From assembly GCA_050013255.1 (NCBI GenBank), contig JBEKFP010000003.1, positions 160,001 through 224,000 of the forward strand: a stretch of DNA of 64,000 nucleotides, written 5' to 3'. How positions within the stretch are numbered: the first letter of the stretch is position 1; each line of letters opens with the position of its first letter. The notes under the pieces are model-generated. The model was not told the DNA's origin. It saw nothing but the letters and a program-made list of their open reading frames with translations, and did no database searches. A program made the position numbers and the translations under genes. Shown piece after piece: positions 19,018 to 29,052 of this stretch. Source of the DNA: Candidatus Bathyarchaeia archaeon (lineage in GTDB: Archaea; Thermoproteota; Bathyarchaeia; 40CM-2-53-6).

Positions 19018-19851
19018 TTGTCTGAAAAAAAATCTCGTAGAGGATTCGTCAAAACTGTCGGCGTTGGCGTCGGTGGCTTAATTGTCGGCGCACTTGCAGG
19101 CACGGCCATCGCACCAATGATGACACCACCTCCACCCAAAGCAAAATTTGCCGACCCACCCCCATCAGGCTCCACGGTTATACACGGAATGGACGCCGCA
19201 TATCCGCCCTTCACTCAGATCGATCCTTCCGGCAACGCAGTAGGCTTCGATGTCGATGTAGTGAACATGATTGCCAAGAAATACGGCTGGCAGGTAGTTC
19301 ACAAACCCTGGGATTGGTCCACCATTATTACGGCTGTGCAATCAGGCGACCTTGACTTTGTAGCGTCAGGAATGACAGAGACTGCGGCAAGGTCTGAGAT
19401 TGCTTGGTTCGGTGTTCCCTACTACAGCTTCATTCACCAGCTAATCGCGCTTGCAACTGACACTAGAACAAGAGACCAAATCCTAAACTCAAATTCATTC
19501 ATCGCGTGCCAGACGGGCGCGACATCAGATGAATGGGCCACAAAACTCCTCGCCGCAGGCTATACCTTCCAGAAACTCGGGCTTGACTCGTACGAACTCG
19601 CCTTTGAAGCAGTTACAGACGGTAGAGCGGTCGCGGTCATCAGTGACAGCGCTTTCACAGGACCTTACTTCAAGACCCAACCAGACCAAGCAGCCAAGTT
19701 CCGTGTAGTTTCAACAATCGGTGGCGACGCGACGTACGGATACGCCACTAGGCCGGGAGACTTCGGACTCAGAAACCAAATCAATCAAGCATTAGAAGGC
19801 ATAATGGGAACCACCGACTGGCAGTCGCTAAGAGACAAGTGGAACGTCTAA
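19018..19851 (+). CDS. Polar amino-acid ABC substrate-binding protein with Tat-like anchor
   Basis: SRRGFVK plus TM; YPPF, GFDVD, SGMT.T..R. Confidence 0.9.
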   Translation: MSEKKSRRGFVKTVGVGVGGLIVGALAGTAIAPMMTPPPPKAKFADPPPSGSTVIHGMDAAYPPFTQIDPSGNAVGFDVDVVNMIAKKYGWQVVHKPWDWSTIITAVQSGDLDFVASGMTETAARSEIAWFGVPYYSFIHQLIALATDTRTRDQILNSNSFIACQTGATSDEWATKLLAAGYTFQKLGLDSYELAFEAVTDGRAVAVISDSAFTGPYFKTQPDQAAKFRVVSTIGGDATYGYATRPGDFGLRNQINQALEGIMGTTDWQSLRDKWNV

Positions 19852-19930
19852 GCTGACAGAAGTTTGAACTTCCTCATTCCCCCATGAATGGGAGAAAGAC
19901 ACCGCAAACCATGTTTGGAGCCGTGATCTA

Positions 19931-20593
19931 ATGACGGCGTTTGCGGAATTTCTCCCCTACATTCTTTCTGGCATGGTTTGGACTCTTGGTTTGGTCGCAG
20001 GCGGTGTAGGAATCGGCTTCGTAATCGGCCTATTCATGGCGATAGGGCAAATTTATGGCGGCAACGAAGTCAAAGCAATCATACATGCATACGTCTGGTT
20101 TTTCAGAAGCATTCCGCTTCTAGTCCTTCTCTTTCTATTCTATTGGGGTGTTTTTCCTGCAACTGGCTTCAAGCTTGACCCTTTAGCCTGTAGTATTGTC
20201 GTTCTTGGACTACGCAGTGGCGCCTACCAATCTCAAATTTTCCTAGGGGCCATAATGTCTCTTGGAGACACTCAACTGCTCGCCGCGCGAGCGTTGGGCA
20301 TGAGCCAGATGAGAGGCATATTTCACGTTGTGTTGCCTCAAGCTCTTCGAATTTCAATGCCTGGCTGGTCCAACGAATATGCGACCATGATCAAAGATTC
20401 GTCCATTACATTCGCGTTGGGGGTACTTGAAATATTGACCAGGACCAGGTACGTGGTCAATGCGACACATGAGCCACTCATACCGTACTTTTTCGCGGGT
20501 GGGCTTTTCTTGGTTCTAACATACGCTGGCACAAAAGCCGTCAACATAGTCTACGAAAGAACAAAGATACCCGGCTTAGTCGGGAGGCTATGA
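19931..20593 (+). CDS. Polar amino-acid ABC permease
   Basis: FRSIPLLV, AARALGM, LPQA, IKDSS. Confidence 0.9.
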   Translation: MTAFAEFLPYILSGMVWTLGLVAGGVGIGFVIGLFMAIGQIYGGNEVKAIIHAYVWFFRSIPLLVLLFLFYWGVFPATGFKLDPLACSIVVLGLRSGAYQSQIFLGAIMSLGDTQLLAARALGMSQMRGIFHVVLPQALRISMPGWSNEYATMIKDSSITFALGVLEILTRTRYVVNATHEPLIPYFFAGGLFLVLTYAGTKAVNIVYERTKIPGLVGRL

Positions 20594-20594
20594 A

Positions 20595-21359
20595 ATGACT
20601 GAAACAAATGTAGTACTGAAGGTTGAGGGTCTGCAAAAAAGCTTCGCAGGTAACAAAATTCTGGACGGTGTGTCATTCGAAATTGATAGAGGACAGATTA
20701 AGGTCATATGTGGACCCAGCGGCTCCGGGAAGAGTACGCTTCTCAGATGTTTGAACCTCCTAACCATGCCGGACAAAGGAAGGGTCTGGCTCGAAGGACG
20801 AGAGATAACGAATGAGGAGAGTAATGCGAACAGCGTGAGGCAGAGAATTGGTTTTGTCTTTCAGGAATTCAATCTGTTCAACCATCTCACCGCGCTAAAG
20901 AACGTCAGCATCGCTTTAGAAATAGTGAAGAAAATGGGCAAGGATGAGGCGAAGGCTCTCGCATTGAAGGAGCTTGAAAAGGTCAACCTTGCGAATGATG
21001 CGCACAAGTATCCAGCCGAACTCTCAGGTGGGCAGAAGCAAAGGGTTGCGATAGCAAGAGCCCTAGCCATGAACCCTGTAATAATGTTCTACGATGAACC
21101 CACATCCGCCCTGGACCCTCACCTCATCGGAGAGGTCCTAGATGTCATGAAGAAACTCGCCCAAGAGAAACTGACTAGCATCGTCGTGACGCATGAGATA
21201 GGATTCGCTCGCACAGTCGCCGACGAAATCATGTTCATGGGCGAAGGAAGAATACTCGAACATGGGCCCCCCAGCCAGATCATCGAGAACCCCAAGCATG
21301 AAGCTGTCAAACAATTCTTCAGGCGCATCAACGAACTCTACAGGAGAGACGAGCAATAG
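20595..21359 (+). CDS. Polar amino-acid ABC ATPase
   Basis: GPSGSGKST, LSGGQKQR, DEPTSALDP. Confidence 0.93.
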   Translation: MTETNVVLKVEGLQKSFAGNKILDGVSFEIDRGQIKVICGPSGSGKSTLLRCLNLLTMPDKGRVWLEGREITNEESNANSVRQRIGFVFQEFNLFNHLTALKNVSIALEIVKKMGKDEAKALALKELEKVNLANDAHKYPAELSGGQKQRVAIARALAMNPVIMFYDEPTSALDPHLIGEVLDVMKKLAQEKLTSIVVTHEIGFARTVADEIMFMGEGRILEHGPPSQIIENPKHEAVKQFFRRINELYRRDEQ

Positions 21360-22015
21360 CACTCTGGGACACGTACATTCCACAGTTACTTGTTGGGGCA
21401 GTAGTGACAGTCGAACTGATCATTGTATCCGTCCCCATTGGGGTTGCTCTGGCGATCATTCTAGGGGTGGCCAGAGTCTACGGAAACAAAGCAGTTTCCC
21501 TCGTCGCAACGAGCGTCGTAGCTGTTTTCAGAGGATTTCCGGCGATAGTGACTCTATTCATCATCTTCTTCGCTCTTCCTGATGTCGGAGTTTACTTCTC
21601 TCCGTATTGGTCAGCTGTTTTAGGATTCGTGCTTGTAACCGGCGCATACCAGTCAGAGTATGTTAGGGGCTGTATACAGTCCGTGCAGGCAGGGCAGTCG
21701 CTCGCAGCTCAAGCGCTCGGAATGAGCAAACCTCAGGAAGTCTTCCACATTATTCTCCCGCAAGCCCTGAGGGCAGCGCTCCCGGGAATTTCGAACGAAA
21801 TAATTTATCTAATTCTATATTCCTCGTTAGCCTCTTACATAGGCGTCCAAGAGATCTTCGGGGTGGCGAGGACGTTCAATTCACTGAATTTCAGGCCAAT
21901 CGAAATCTTTCTCACGGCTGGACTCGTTTACGCGGCCATAGCCACTGTCTGCTTCCTAGGATTCAGGTTACTTGAAAGGAGATTTCGCATCCCCGGGTTG
22001 GGAGCAACACGCTGA
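21356..22015 (+). CDS. Polar amino-acid ABC permease (probable ATA start at 21356; first canonical start GTG 21404)
   Basis: FRGFP, GQ..AA.ALGM, LPQA; in-frame extension IALWDTYIPQLLVGA. Confidence 0.88.
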   Translation: MALWDTYIPQLLVGAVVTVELIIVSVPIGVALAIILGVARVYGNKAVSLVATSVVAVFRGFPAIVTLFIIFFALPDVGVYFSPYWSAVLGFVLVTGAYQSEYVRGCIQSVQAGQSLAAQALGMSKPQEVFHIILPQALRAALPGISNEIIYLILYSSLASYIGVQEIFGVARTFNSLNFRPIEIFLTAGLVYAAIATVCFLGFRLLERRFRIPGLGATR

Positions 22016-22028
22016 GGAGTGAAGCCGC

Positions 22029-23228
22029 CTGCATCTAACTCGTGAAGACGAACAGATTCTCAAAGGAGAGCACGGGGTTGGAAGGCAGGCGGCGATGGAA
22101 CTACTCGTAGCCATCGGAGAAGCCTTCGATGCACCAAGGATGATACCTGTCAACCGTGCTCATGCAGCCTCCAGCGGCCAAGAAGGCGACCTGTACTTTG
22201 TCGAGATTCTCGCCAAGGGCGGCGCCTCATGCAAGGTGACCACGACAACAAACCCGATCGCGGACTTCGACTATTTCCAGCAGATCATGAACATCGCCGA
22301 GGAACATGACGAAGCCTCGGTAGCATGGAAAACGAAGAACTACTACAAACAAATTGGCGCAGTCATGAGCCAATCTTGCATTCCATACCTTGCTGAGAAT
22401 ATTCCTGAATACGGAGAGCACGTAGCCTTCTCCGAATCCAGCGCAACCCCATACGTAAACTCGGTCATAGGTGGGCTGACGAATCGTGAGTCCATTCAAA
22501 CCGCCCTTGCGGCGGGAGTACTCGGCGAGACACCCGAATACGGAATGCACTTGAAAGAAAACCGAAAAGGAACAGTTCTAGTAAAAGTGGAAGCGAACCT
22601 GAACGATGGCTACAGCTACTCACTTCTAGGCCAATACGTCGGAAAGAAAATCGCATCTGGGATCCCCGTCTTCGTTGGCATCTCAAAGCGTCCCAGGATT
22701 GACCAGTACATCAACTTGTGCGCCATGTTGAACGTAACGGGTGCAATAGCGATGTTCCACATCCCTGGCGTAACGGTAGAGGCTAAAACCGAGGAAGAAG
22801 CTTTCGCGGGCGACAAGCCGAAGGACAGGATCGTAGTTACCAACCACGAGCTTGAGGAAACTGAGAAGGAACTTCAAACCGCAACTAGTCCCGTAAGCGT
22901 CGTCATACTTGGGTGTCCCCATTACAATCTAGATCAAATGGCAGAACTAGCAACCCTCGTGAAAGGAAAGAAGGTTCGTGACGGCATGACTTTCTGGGTA
23001 AACACGTCCGCAACGACGAAGCTCATGGCAGACCGGGCCGGTCACACCCAGACCATACAGGAGTCAGGAGCTCACCTCGTCGTAGACACATGCATCGACA
23101 TGTTCTGCTGGAATAACCTACGAGACAAGACCGGAATGACTGACTCTCCAAAGTGCGCATACTATAGAAGGTTCGGCCCCGTAAGGGTCGGCAAAATGGA
23201 AGAGTGCGTCGCCACTGCCATGGAATAA
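22029..23228 (+). CDS. Aconitase X catalytic (large) subunit, DUF521 (probable CTG start)
   Basis: HLTREDEQILKGEHG N-terminus, TTTNP, SCIPY, ESSA, GCPH, DTC. Confidence 0.85.
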   Translation: MHLTREDEQILKGEHGVGRQAAMELLVAIGEAFDAPRMIPVNRAHAASSGQEGDLYFVEILAKGGASCKVTTTTNPIADFDYFQQIMNIAEEHDEASVAWKTKNYYKQIGAVMSQSCIPYLAENIPEYGEHVAFSESSATPYVNSVIGGLTNRESIQTALAAGVLGETPEYGMHLKENRKGTVLVKVEANLNDGYSYSLLGQYVGKKIASGIPVFVGISKRPRIDQYINLCAMLNVTGAIAMFHIPGVTVEAKTEEEAFAGDKPKDRIVVTNHELEETEKELQTATSPVSVVILGCPHYNLDQMAELATLVKGKKVRDGMTFWVNTSATTKLMADRAGHTQTIQESGAHLVVDTCIDMFCWNNLRDKTGMTDSPKCAYYRRFGPVRVGKMEECVATAME

Positions 23229-23233
23229 GGAGA

Positions 23234-23656
23234 GTGGCTAAGTTCACGGAAATGAGCGTGAAATGCCACAAGCTCGCCAAAGGGTACGGGGAAGGCGAAG
23301 CTTTGGTCTCCAAAGACCCAATCTGCTTCTACCTCGTAGAGCCAAAGACAGGCGTCGTTAAGGAGAAGGGACATCAACTCGAGGGCAAGTCGGTCGCGGG
23401 AAAAGTGCTCGTATTTCCGACGGGAAAAGCAAGTTCCGCAGTCCAAATGGACGGCCTAGTCAAGTTATTGATCAACAAGAACGCGCCAAAGGCCATGATA
23501 GTTACGGACGTGGAACCAGTTCTTTTGGGCAGTGCAGTTCTGACGAAAATCCCCCTCGTCGACAGGTTAGAAAGGAACCCATTCGAAGCCATCAGATCCG
23601 GAGATTTCGTGAAAGTTGACGCAGACAAGGGTTCAGTAACCGTAACAAGAAACTAA
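23234..23656 (+). CDS. Aconitase X swivel (small) subunit, DUF126
   Basis: GEGEALVS, GH.LEGKS..GKVLVFPTGK.SS, APKA. Confidence 0.85.
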   Translation: MAKFTEMSVKCHKLAKGYGEGEALVSKDPICFYLVEPKTGVVKEKGHQLEGKSVAGKVLVFPTGKASSAVQMDGLVKLLINKNAPKAMIVTDVEPVLLGSAVLTKIPLVDRLERNPFEAIRSGDFVKVDADKGSVTVTRN

Positions 23657-23674
23657 CACCGAATTCCCAACACA

Positions 23675-24193
23675 CTACTGCCCCTTCACCAAACCCAACA
23701 TCCTGCCGTAAACGCCGAAATCTGCCTTCGAAAAACAGACAAAAACCACTTTCTCGACACTCGTTCCCTTCCCAATATATCTCTGAACGGTCCCGATGGC
23801 AATCTGAGCCGCCAGCTCGATTGGAAAATGGTATGCGCCAGTGATGATCGAAGGAAACGCTACGGTCTTCAAATCATTTCCTTCGGCCGGTTCAAGCGAA
23901 TTCTCGTAACATTTCTCTAGTAACTTGCCTTCGCCCTCACTTCCCCCATGCCATACCGGGCCGACGGTGTGAATAACATACTTAGCAGGAAGTCGATAAC
24001 CCATAGTGATTCGCGCTTCCCCAGTGGGGCAACCGTCGAGTTCGCTGCATTCCTCTAGCAACTCCGGCCCTGCGGCTCGATGGATAGCGTCATCAACACC
24101 CCCTCCACCTAGCAAAGTTGCGTTGGCCGCGTTCACTATCGCATCAACTTTCAGTTTTGTAATGTCACCAAGTGCGAGCTCAATCTTTCCCAA
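23675..24193 (-). CDS. Macro domain protein (O-acetyl-ADP-ribose deacetylase family), divergent copy
   Basis: [24 protein letters not shown]. Confidence 0.88.
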   Translation of the reverse strand: MGKIELALGDITKLKVDAIVNAANATLLGGGGVDDAIHRAAGPELLEECSELDGCPTGEARITMGYRLPAKYVIHTVGPVWHGGSEGEGKLLEKCYENSLEPAEGNDLKTVAFPSIITGAYHFPIELAAQIAIGTVQRYIGKGTSVEKVVFVCFSKADFGVYGRMLGLVKGQ

Positions 24194-25088
24194 TTAACAC
24201 CCAGCCTTTCAATTGAAGAATTATGACTCCTGACACGATTAACGCTGTTCCCAGTAGTTGTATCTGGGTTACGGATTCTCCGACGAACAAGTAGGCGAGA
24301 ATTATCGCCGCTCCTGGTTCAATTGTTAATGTTATGCTGGATTTTCCAGCCTCGATGAATCGAAGCGAAAGCGTGTACAAACCGTAGCCTATCAAAGTGG
24401 GAACGGACGCTATCAAGATGATCATGACCATGACTTGCTGCGTTACATCGACCTTGGGACCATATTGAAGAAGATAGAATCCTCCCAGGGTCAATGCCCC
24501 GAAAAGAAAACTATAGAACAACACGGTCAAGGCACCGTAACTTACCTGTCCCTTCTTAGCTGCAAGTGTGAAGATAGTAGTACCAACACCTCCAAGCAAG
24601 CCGAAGATCAACCCTCGTATGTCCCATGTGATGCTTGAGGAGGATAGGCCAAAGGCGGTCACTAGTACACCTGTGAATGTGAGTACCAGCGCGGCTACTT
24701 TGCGGCTTGTAATGGGTTCATGAAATATGAAGAAGGCAGCAACAACGACCATCGCCGGGTATGAGTAGAGCAACGTTATGGTCGTAGCCACTGTTGTGAG
24801 TCTTAGAGCGTAAAAGTATCCTAGATAGTTCACGGCGACTCCAAAGATACCAAAGGCGACGAAGAATGGTATGTCCCGGCGCTTGATTTTGAAACGTCCC
24901 ACATTGGTCAGTGCAATTGCCACGCCGACAATTCCGGTCGCCACGAAGGCCCTTAGCGTTATGAGAGCTAATGGGTCGGCCCCAAACGAGTAAGCGATCT
25001 TTCCAAGGAAGCCGATCGTTGATAGGAGTATGGCAGCACAGGCCGCTAGCCCGTACCCAAGCCTGTTTCTTTCTACGACGGGCTTCAA
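24180..25088 (-). CDS. EamA/DMT transporter
   Basis: About 10 TM in two repeats; EP motif. Confidence 0.88.
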   Translation of the reverse strand: MKPVVERNRLGYGLAACAAILLSTIGFLGKIAYSFGADPLALITLRAFVATGIVGVAIALTNVGRFKIKRRDIPFFVAFGIFGVAVNYLGYFYALRLTTVATTITLLYSYPAMVVVAAFFIFHEPITSRKVAALVLTFTGVLVTAFGLSSSSITWDIRGLIFGLLGGVGTTIFTLAAKKGQVSYGALTVLFYSFLFGALTLGGFYLLQYGPKVDVTQQVMVMIILIASVPTLIGYGLYTLSLRFIEAGKSSITLTIEPGAAIILAYLFVGESVTQIQLLGTALIVSGVIILQLKGWVLIGKD

Positions 25089-25407
25089 AAGCGTTCAGAT
25101 TCCGATTGGCGTTTAGACAAGCGGTCTTCTAAGAACTTTGACAAGTTAGACATATGGAAACATGAAGAAAAGATGCGCTGCCTATCGGTAGGCTCCGTCA
25201 CCTCCTTCGTTTCCTTCTCCACATTATCGCATTGGGGGCAGTGCCATTCCCGAATGTAGGCTAACGCGACGCCAGTCTCCCTTTGTGGCCGGACCGCGCC
25301 CTTCCCCGTCCTGCCAAGAAGCTCGGAGCCCCCTGAGCTCAAACACAGACTCAAATCCCCGACGTTTTATATTACGTGCGAATGTTAGGTGGGCTTTGGC
25401 GTTGGAC

Positions 25408-26778
25408 TTGCCAATTTTGCCGATAGATTCCGGCCGGTACGGATCTCCGGAGATTCGCAGGGTGTTTGAAGATGAGGCGCGGTTTCAGAAGATGCTTGAC
25501 GTTGAAGCAGCTTTGGCTTGGGCAAGAGGGCAGGTGGGGGATATCCCCCGCGAGGCAGCTGAGGAAATTGAAGGTCACGCAACGACTCGGCACGTCAAAT
25601 TAGAGAGGGTTCGCGAGATCGAGAAAGTTGTCGACCATGAGACCATGGCCCTTGTCGAAGTCCTTTCGGAAGTCTCGGGGAAGGGCGGAGCATTCGTGCA
25701 CCTCGGTGCAACGTCTTCGGACATTCTCGATACTGGATTGGCGTTGCAGATGCGAGAGGGCTTGGACATAGTCGCAGCGAAGCTGGACAAGCTTGAGGAA
25801 GCTCTCCTAGGCCTTTCGAAGAAGTACCGGGACACAATGGTGATTGGCCGAACTCATGCTCAACATGCGTTGCCCATGACTCTGGGGCTCAAGTTCGCCG
25901 TCTGGTTACGCGAAGTCGGCAGGCACATCGAACGCCTCAACCAGTGCAGGGAGCGTGTGCTCGTCGGCAAGTTGAGCGGCGCCGTCGGAACAATGGCTGG
26001 GTTTGGAAAGAACGCTCGCAAGATTCAGGACCTCGCTATGAAACGCCTCGGGCTTCGAATTGCCGACGTGACCAGTCAGATCGTTCAGCGTGATAGGTAC
26101 GCGGAAATGGTCTGTGTTTTTGCAATGATTGCTAGTTCCTTGGACAAGTTTGCGGTCGAAATTAGGAATTTGCAGAGGCCCGAGATAGATGAATTAGGCG
26201 AATCGTTTGATGTTGACAAGCAGGTTGGAAGTTCCACAATGCCCCAGAAAAGGAATCCTTGGAGAAGTGAAAATGTTTCCAGCCTCGCAAAGATAGAGCG
26301 AAGCCTTGTGGCTCCCGCGTTGGAAGGGATTGTGACGTGGCACGAACGTGATCTCTCGCAATCGGCTTCGGAGCGTTTTGTGATCCCGGAATCCTTCATA
26401 TTGATTGATCACATGCTGAATTCGATGGTTCGAATTCTAGGCGGCTTAAGAGTTAACGAGAGGCGCATGTTAGAAAATTTGGAGAAATTCAAAGACCCGA
26501 TGATGTCAGAGGCCGTTATGATTGCGCTCGTAAACAAGGGCATGCCGCGGCAGGAAGCTCATAAACTGCTGCAGCAACTAGTGTTCCATAGCCAAGAAAA
26601 GAACAAACGCTTCAGTGAAGTCCTGGAGGACGACACAAGAATAACGAAGTATCTGAGAAAGGATGATATCCACTCGGCTTTGAACCCGAAATCATACTTA
26701 GGATTCTCAAGCGAGCTTGTGAACGCGGCCGTCGAAAAAACGGTGACCGAACGTAAAGCACGCGGGGTCGCAACCTAA
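25408..26778 (+). CDS. purB: Adenylosuccinate lyase
   Basis: RYGS, HLGATSSD, GRTH.QHA, GSSTMPQKRNP, WHERDL; TTG at 25408 is the likely start. Confidence 0.93.
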   Translation: MPILPIDSGRYGSPEIRRVFEDEARFQKMLDVEAALAWARGQVGDIPREAAEEIEGHATTRHVKLERVREIEKVVDHETMALVEVLSEVSGKGGAFVHLGATSSDILDTGLALQMREGLDIVAAKLDKLEEALLGLSKKYRDTMVIGRTHAQHALPMTLGLKFAVWLREVGRHIERLNQCRERVLVGKLSGAVGTMAGFGKNARKIQDLAMKRLGLRIADVTSQIVQRDRYAEMVCVFAMIASSLDKFAVEIRNLQRPEIDELGESFDVDKQVGSSTMPQKRNPWRSENVSSLAKIERSLVAPALEGIVTWHERDLSQSASERFVIPESFILIDHMLNSMVRILGGLRVNERRMLENLEKFKDPMMSEAVMIALVNKGMPRQEAHKLLQQLVFHSQEKNKRFSEVLEDDTRITKYLRKDDIHSALNPKSYLGFSSELVNAAVEKTVTERKARGVAT

Positions 26779-29036
26779 AGGTTTTCGTCCTCCCGGTAAT
26801 CGGTCAGAAGGCTCTGCTCCGTTGTCTCAACCGTCTTAGATTTCAACGTCTCCCACTCTTCCGCCTTAATGAGGCCGCCCACTTGCTCTTTGATCTTCTT
26901 CGCCAGCGATGGTCCGATTAATGGAACGTTCATCAGGTCTGTCACGGAGGCGTGCTTTAGGTCGTCAAGGTTTCTGTACCCAGCATTGAACAATGAGCGC
27001 GCCCTTACGCGTCCTACACCGTCGAGTTCAACCAGCGGAACAAGTTCAGACTTAACCCCCTTAGCGCATCGAATCTGTAGCTCGTACGTTGCGGCCAGAA
27101 GGTCCTTGTGCCCGAATAACTCAGCCAACTGATAAGTCGCATGCAAAAGCCACTTGGAAGTGTCCACCATCCTCAACATGTCGCCCGGTTCAACCTTGTG
27201 GACTTCAAGTATTCCGTCCTCGCTGGTTTCATTGATCCATTCATACATGACCCTCGCGCACTTGATCTCCGCCAAGAATTCTTCATACGTCACACCGTTC
27301 GTATCGCCGAAGAACTCAGGCGTTTCACACATGAATTCGTCTTCATGCTCCTTCGCGAAAAGGTCGAGCATTTCATCTTCCCCGCGTCGCGGGTAGAGCT
27401 TAGGAGATATGTCTGGCGTTCGTGATATCAGATGCAAGAAGCTGACCTCAGTCACGTGTTTGGCGCGGGTATACAATCCGTCACGGAGCACCACCGCTGA
27501 CACTGGGTCTATGTACAGTTCTGAGACTCGCCGGCCGAACTTCGTGGCCTTCAAATCTTCGCCCTCGAATTCAACCATCTGCTCCCTATGAAGGAAAGAA
27601 AGTATGTCGCCGAGTTTTCCCTTAATCATCTTAGGGTCGTATTGGAAAGCATAGAAGGTCTTCGCGAAAAATCTAGTTAATCCATCCTCAGTGTTGGCGA
27701 AATGCGTGGCGATGGTAGCCAAGACGTGAGGTCTGAGAACTTTCTCAGCCCCCAGCTTCGACCAGATTCTTTCAGGTTCTGCGAGGGCGTAGTTCTTCAG
27801 GAGGTAGTCCTGTTCATCTTCTGTTTTGGCAATGAGAATAGCCTCACCATACTTGTCGTACTTCGGCCTACCCGCCCGGCCACAAAACTGCTTATACTCC
27901 AAGACCGAAATTGGGTAACGCCCGTACCCAGCTTCATACCTTTCGTAGCTGCTTATGATCACCGTTCTCGCGGGTAGGTTTACTCCCGCAGCCAATGTCG
28001 GGGTTGCCGAGAGAATTTTCAGCCGGCCAGCCTTGAACGCATCCTCAATAAGCTTACGATGGGCACCCGGCAAACCTGCGTGGTGGAAGGCCACGCCATT
28101 CAGCGCTTGTTCCGCCAAAACGTCCCCTAGACGTGTCCTTTCGCCGGTGGCGAGAATTCTTTGGGCAAGGTTTTCCAGACCCCTATGGTCCGGCCTAGGC
28201 ATGTGCCTTCTGAGAAGTGCCGCAGCTTTCTTACCCATTTCCACAGCTGAGCGCCGGGTTTCAGCGAAGATTAGAACTTGACCGCCGTCCCGCACTACTT
28301 CAAGCGCTGTGTCAAAAATCGGATTCATGTCAGTGTGTGGGATGAAGCGCGAGGACCCATCCTTGAATTGAATTTGGCCATCACAATAGACGCCTTCCCT
28401 GAGTGGGACGGGCCGCCACTCCGTAGTAATCGGGATGCCTTTGAGCCACTCACCAATCTCCGTTGCGTTCTTGATGGTCGCGCTCAAAGCTATGATTTGG
28501 ATTTGTGGGTTGAGTTTGAGTAACCGGGTTATTACGACCTCAAGGGTCGGGCCCCTGTCGGCTTCAGTGATGAGGTGAATTTCATCGGCGACAACTACCG
28601 ATACGTCCGCAATCCAGGGTGAGCGGTGTCTTAGGAGTGAATCGGCTTTCTCGTTTGTACAAATGATGACGTCGTAGTTGGCGAGGTATATGTCAGAGCT
28701 ATCGTAGTCCCCGCTAGTAACGGCTACTCTTACCTTTCGGCCTGGTGCTTTTTCAACGGATGTATACTTTTGGAAGTCTTCGTACTTCTCACTCGCCAGC
28801 GCTCGCAACGGTGTGAGGTATAGGGCTTTTCCGCCCTTCTCCACTATCGACTTGAGAACTACCATTTCTGCGACAAGCGTCTTTCCAGAGGCCGTTGGGC
28901 TTGCCAGAACGATGTTCTTGCCCTTCAATGCCCCAGCTTTGATAGCATCCTCTTGGGGAGGGTACAGTATGTCGTAGCCGGCCTTAGCCAGGACGGCCTT
29001 AACAGAGTCTGGGATGGCTAGTTCGTCAACCCGCAA
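26775..29036 (-). CDS. hel308: Ski2-like helicase Hel308/Hjm
   Basis: PTASGKT, DEIH, FHHAGL, TPTLAAGVNLPA, GRAGRP, HhH; C-terminal PIP-like QSLLTDY. Confidence 0.93.
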   Translation of the reverse strand: MRVDELAIPDSVKAVLAKAGYDILYPPQEDAIKAGALKGKNIVLASPTASGKTLVAEMVVLKSIVEKGGKALYLTPLRALASEKYEDFQKYTSVEKAPGRKVRVAVTSGDYDSSDIYLANYDVIICTNEKADSLLRHRSPWIADVSVVVADEIHLITEADRGPTLEVVITRLLKLNPQIQIIALSATIKNATEIGEWLKGIPITTEWRPVPLREGVYCDGQIQFKDGSSRFIPHTDMNPIFDTALEVVRDGGQVLIFAETRRSAVEMGKKAAALLRRHMPRPDHRGLENLAQRILATGERTRLGDVLAEQALNGVAFHHAGLPGAHRKLIEDAFKAGRLKILSATPTLAAGVNLPARTVIISSYERYEAGYGRYPISVLEYKQFCGRAGRPKYDKYGEAILIAKTEDEQDYLLKNYALAEPERIWSKLGAEKVLRPHVLATIATHFANTEDGLTRFFAKTFYAFQYDPKMIKGKLGDILSFLHREQMVEFEGEDLKATKFGRRVSELYIDPVSAVVLRDGLYTRAKHVTEVSFLHLISRTPDISPKLYPRRGEDEMLDLFAKEHEDEFMCETPEFFGDTNGVTYEEFLAEIKCARVMYEWINETSEDGILEVHKVEPGDMLRMVDTSKWLLHATYQLAELFGHKDLLAATYELQIRCAKGVKSELVPLVELDGVGRVRARSLFNAGYRNLDDLKHASVTDLMNVPLIGPSLAKKIKEQVGGLIKAEEWETLKSKTVETTEQSLLTDYREDENL

Positions 29037-29052
29037 TGCAGGGAGGCCTCTG

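Noticed and set aside
25085-25354. 89-aa ORF with CPQC
   Set aside because: Single CxxC, no recognisable family, runs through the purB promoter region; cannot be supported
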